A stretch of DNA of 63,942 nt, counting the filler, from Octopus bimaculoides (Eukaryota): assembly GCF_001194135.2 (NCBI RefSeq). It is 5 parts of 5 records of this genome, joined end to end, with 100 filler letters (N's around TTAATTAATTAA, not from the genome) between each part and the next. Parts side by side here need not be neighbours in the genome. Positions count along the whole stretch, not along the records: positions 43,382 to 59,076 come from NC_068986.1; positions 59,177 to 62,742 come from NW_026331048.1; positions 62,843 to 63,942 come from NW_026387445.1; 2 more parts are not named here. The stretch is one strand, 5' to 3'. The notes beneath the pieces were generated by a model, which was given only the letters and a program-made list of their open reading frames with translations, had not been told where the DNA came from and searched no databases. Of this stretch, positions 58,612 to 63,942 are shown in pieces (position 1 is the stretch's first letter; every line of letters starts with the position of its first letter). Made by a program: the position numbers and the translations under genes.

Positions 58612-59176
58612 GTGAGTAATTACAGTTTCTAATTTCAAATTGATTCACTGGTTGTTTGTTGCTTTTAATGATACAGGTTCTGAAGTTTGCAGTATCTACT
58701 ACATGAGTTCAAACTTCACCACAGTTTACTACTGGAAAAAAACTCCATTATTGTTTGTGTGGTGTGATGGAGGAAAAAGACAACAAGAAGCAAAAGGACA
58801 GAATGAAACGTTGGACCTTACCTTGTCAACCGCAGCGGAGTACACGATCGCTCCTGATCAAAACACGTCTTTCTCGTAACCTCGCTGTTTTCTCACTGCC
58901 CCCGTGCTAGCCTTTGACCGCGTGTGCCCGACTTCCGGTCTGGCTTCACTTCTGTTTGCCTCACCTCTCTCCACCAACAACACACAGCTCATCACAGCCC
59001 ATGACACCACACGCCCCCCTGATCTATAGATCATTCAACCGGCTCTCCCACTCACTCCTCGCTCCCGAACTACCTTNNNNNNNNNNNNNNNNNNNNNNNN
59101 NNNNNNNNNNNNNNNNNNNNTTAATTAATTAANNNNNNNNNNNNNNNNNNNNNNNNNNNNNNNNNNNNNNNNNNNN

Positions 59177-62100
59177 GTTACGTATGTAAGTACGTCCATA
59201 CATACGTAGTTACGTACGTACTTACATACGTAGTTATGTACGTACATACATACGTAGTTACGTTTGTAAGTACGTACATACATACGTAGTTATGTAGGTA
59301 CGCACATGCATACATACGTAGTGACTTACGTACGTAGATACATACGTAGTTACGTACGTACATATATCCATATTTACGTACGTATGTACATAATAACCAG
59401 TTGCGTACGCACGTACGTGCGTATTTACATTCGTAGTTACGTACGTACGTACGTTCATACATTCGTAGTTACGTACGTACCTACGTACATATATACGTAA
59501 TTATGTACATACATACGTATTTACGTACATACATACATACGTATTTATGTACGTACGTACGTGCATACATACCTATTTACTTACGTACGTATGTACATAT
59601 AAATGTAGTTACGTACGTACGTACCTATATACATAGGTACGTACGTATGTACATACACATGTAGTTATCTTAGTACGTACTTGCAGACATAAGTAGTTAC
59701 GTACTATGTACTTACATACATAAATACTTACCTACATACATACATAGTTACGTACGTACATTTGTAATTACGTACGTACGTACATACATACGTAGTTACG
59801 TACGTAGTATGTACATACATACGTCGTTACGTACATACGTACCTACATACGTAGTTACGTACGTATGTACGTACATACATACGTAGTTACGAACGTACGT
59901 ACGTACATACANNNNNNNNNNNNNNNNNNNNNNNNNNNNNNNNNNNNNNNNNNNNNNNNNNNNNNNNNNNNNNNNNNNNNNNNNNNNNNNNNNNNNNNNN
60001 NNNNNNNNNNNNNNNNNNNNNNNNNNNNNNNNNNNNNNNNNNNNNNNNNNNNNNNNNNNNNNNNNNNNNNNNNNNNNNNNNNNNNNNNNNNNNNNNNNNN
60101 NNNNNNNNNNNNNNNNNNNNNNNNNNNNNNNNNNNNNNNNNNNNNNNNNNNNNNNNNNNNNTTACGTAGGTACGTACATATATACGTAGTTACGTACGTT
60201 TGTACGTACATACATACGAAGTTACGTACGTACGTCCATACATACGTAGTTATGTATGTACGTAAATACACACGTACATACATACGTAGTTACGTACGTA
60301 CGTACATATATACGTAGTTACCTACGCACGTACATACATACATAGTTACGTACGTCGTACGTACATTCATACACAGTTACGAACGTATGTNNNNNNNNNN
60401 ATAGTTACGTACGTCGTACGTACATTCATACACAGTTACGAACGTATGTACATACATACGTGTTTACGTACGTACATACATACGTAGTACCGTACGTACA
60501 TACATACATACATATTTACGTGCGTACGTACGTACATACACAAGTAGTTATGTTCGTACGTATGTCCATATATACGTAGGTACGTACGTACATATATACA
60601 CACGTTGTTACGTACGTACGTATGTATATACATACGTAGTTATCTACGTACGTACTTACATACATACGTAGTTACGTACGTACCTACATACATACGTAGT
60701 TACGTACGTACGTATATACATATATACGAAGATACGTACGTACGTACTTACATATATACGTAGTTACGTACGTACGTACCTACATACGTAGTTACGTACC
60801 TACATACGTAGTTACGTACCTACATACGTAGTTACGTAAGTACATATATACGTAGTTACGTACGTACGTACATACATACGTAGCTACGTACGTTCGTACA
60901 TACATACGTAGTTACGTACGTACATACATACTTAGTTACGTACGTACATACANNNNNNNNNNTACGTAGTTACGTACGTACATACATACTTAGTTACGTA
61001 CGTACATACATACTTAGTTACGTACGTGCATACATACGTAGTTACGTACGTAGTACGTACATATATACATAGTTACGTACGTACGTACTTACATACATAC
61101 GTTGTTACTTACGTATGTAAGTACATACGTAGTTACGTTCGTACGTACGTACGTTCATACATACGTACGTACATACATACGTACTTACGTACGTACGTAT
61201 GTACATATATCCGTAGTTACGCACGTACGTACATACATACATACGTAGTTACGCAAGTACTTACGTACGTACATACGTACTATGTACGTACGTACATACA
61301 TACGTAGTTACGTACGTACGTACATACATATTTACGTGCGTACGTATATACATACGTAGTTACGTCCGTACATACATACCTAGTTACGTACGTACGTATG
61401 TACATATAAACGTAGTTACATACGTGCGTACGTACCTATATACGTAGGTACGTACGTATGTACAAACATTTATACATTTGTAGTTACATACGTAGTTACA
61501 TACGCAGGTACGTTCGTACGTATGTACATACTTATGTAGTTAACAGCGTACGTACTTCCATACATACGTAGTTACGTACACACGTACCAACATACGTACG
61601 TAGTTACGTACGTACTTTTTGTACATATATACGTAGTTACGTACATATATACGTAGTTACGTACGTACATACATACGGAGTTACGTACGTACTTACGTAC
61701 ATACATACGTAGTTACGTCCGAACGTACATACATACGTAGTTACGTCCGTACGTAGTTACGTCCGTACGTACTTACACACGTACGTACATACATACGTAG
61801 ATACATACGTTCGTACGTACATACATACATTGTCACGTACGTACGTACATAAGTAGTTACGTACGTACGCACGTACATATATACGTGGTTACGTACGTAC
61901 GTACATATATACGAAGTTACGTACGTCCATATATACGTAGTTACGTACGTACATACATACGTACCTACTACGTACATACATGCGTAGTTACGTACGTACA
62001 TATCTTCGTAGTAACGTACGTACATACATACATACGTAGTTACGTTCGTACGTACGTACATGCATACGTAGTTACGTAAGTAAGTACCTTCATACATACG

Positions 62101-62680
62101 TAGTTATGTAGGTACGCGCGAACATACGTACGTACGTACATACATGCGTAGTTACGTACGTACATACCTACGTAGTTAATTGTTACGTTCCTACATACGT
62201 AGTTACGTACGTACATACATACGTACTTCCGTACGTACGTACGTACATACGAATTTACGTACGCACGTACATACATACGTAATTACATACGTACGTACGT
62301 ACATACATACGTAGTTATGTACGTACATATATACGTAGTTACGTACGTACATACATACGTAGTTACGTNNNNNNNNNNTATGTACGTAAATACACAAATA
62401 CGTACGTACATACATACATAGCTACTTACGTATGTACGTTCATACATTTGTAGTTACGTACGTACGTACGTACATACTAGTTACATACGTAGATACATAC
62501 TTAGTTACGTACGTACGTACATACATACGTAATTACGAACGTACGTACATACATACGTAGTTACGTACGTACATACATATGTAGTTACGTACGTAGTACG
62601 TACATACATACGTCGTTACGTATGTACTTACATACATACGTAGTTACGTACGTACATACATACATACATACATACATACA
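59177..62680. repeat. TACG/TACA-based satellite, unit about 24-28 bp (tacgtagttacgtacgtacataca)
   Basis: Fills almost the whole scaffold between two join spacers. Confidence 0.95.
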
Positions 62681-62842
62681 TAATTCACGAGTCCGAGGAA
62701 CTCCCTTAATTTGTGGAGAGATGTGGGTGGCGAAAATTCCACNNNNNNNNNNNNNNNNNNNNNNNNNNNNNNNNNNNNNNNNNNNNTTAATTAATTAANN
62801 NNNNNNNNNNNNNNNNNNNNNNNNNNNNNNNNNNNNNNNNNN

Positions 62843-62993
62843 CTACTACTACTACTACTACTACTACTACCACTACTGCCACTACTACTACTGCTACTAC
62901 TACTACTACTACTACTACCACTACTACCACTACTACTACTGCTACTACTACTACAACCACTACTACAGCCACTACTACCCCTATCACTACAAT

Positions 62994-63026
<33 letters not shown>

Positions 63027-63121
63027 CACCACCACCGCTACCACCACCACTAACAATGTTACTACTACCATCACAACCACTACTACCACTACCACCACCG
63101 CCAACACCACTACCACCATTG

Positions 63122-63157
<36 letters not shown>

Positions 63158-63350
63158 TTTCAGCCACTACTACTATTTCAGCCACTACTACCGCCACCAC
63201 TACAATTCCTTCTACTGTTACTACTACTACTACTACTTCTATCACCACCGTCACCACCACCGCTACCGTCACTACTACAACAACTACTACTGTTGCTGCT
63301 CCAGCCGTTGCTGTTGCTTCAGTTACTGCTGCTGCTAGCGTCAGCAGTAA
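62843..63350. repeat. (CTA)n/(CCA)n compound microsatellite
   Basis: Direct reading. Confidence 0.95.
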
Positions 63351-63823
63351 TGGAACATGATGACAACGTAGAAAATAAAAACAAATCAAGATTAATAGAA
63401 ATGTAAATATATGTGAGTAGAGGTGAGAGATAAGATTAGGGAGAGTAGAAGAGGCAAACAGACAGACAGACAGAAAGACAGACAGAAGGAAAAACAGACA
63501 GACAGAAGGATGCGAAAAGGGGATAAAGAGAGAAAAATAGGGTCAAAGAGAAAGAGAGTGATTGGTGGGGGTGCGGTTTTGGGAGGGTGTTCGTACAGGA
63601 ATAAAGGTCAGGGGAGAGAAACGATAGATTAAAGAAGAAACGAAAGCAACAACAGAGGAGGAGGAGGAGGAGGAGGAGGGGGGAAGACGACGACATAGGG
63701 AACAAGGAGGGGAAAGAAGAAGCGGAGGAGGAGGAGCGGAGTGAGGTGCGAGGAGGAACAGCAGAGAAAGCAGGTGAAGAGGCAATGAAGATTAATAGTC
63801 GGTAATCCTGAAGGTGTGCGTAT

Positions 63824-63854
<31 letters not shown>

Positions 63855-63942
63855 TACATTGGTATATCTACATATCTACATATAAATATATGCATACATA
63901 CAGTTATATATATATATATATATATACATATATATGTATACC

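Noticed and set aside
58760-59076. GC-richer LTR-like or exon-like segment at the scaffold end
   Set aside because: Truncated by the join; no termini and no NPRL2 exon 3 similarity recognised.
62787-63389. Long poly-Val, poly-Ile, poly-Leu and Tyr/Val/Arg/Thr ORFs, and N-filled ORFs
   Set aside because: Translations of microsatellites, satellite or gaps; no splice or homology support.

Overview
AT-rich, microsatellite-dense animal genomic DNA. The repeat landscape suggests an octopus-type cephalopod (inference). The window is not contiguous: four identical 100-bp spacers (44 N + TTAATTAATTAA + 44 N at 16753, 43282, 59077, 62743) join five scaffolds, so adjacency across them is unproven. Two host genes lie on +. 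(1) Eighteen coding exons (17014-37055, about 865 codons) of a class IA PI3K catalytic subunit of the p110-alpha type (PIK3CA); the N-terminal ABD exons are missing. (2) Exons 1-2 of the GATOR1 subunit NPRL2 (55482-58611). The rest is mobile and repetitive DNA: a nested Ty3/gypsy cluster (45.9-53.9 kb), RTE and R4/Dong-like LINE fragments, three SINE families, mariner/hAT/piggyBac relics, a foldback element, a Helitron-like element with telomere-type repeats, and a 3.5-kb TACG satellite. The most unusual signals are (a) two distinct families of minimal Penelope-type hammerhead ribozyme motifs, one fused behind a tRNA-Asn-like Pol III head in a head-to-head palindrome, and (b) a p110-alpha that carries Tyr at the human H1047 hotspot position plus altered ATP-pocket residues. 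Alignments to human proteins were done by eye from recalled sequences; repeat boundaries are approximate.
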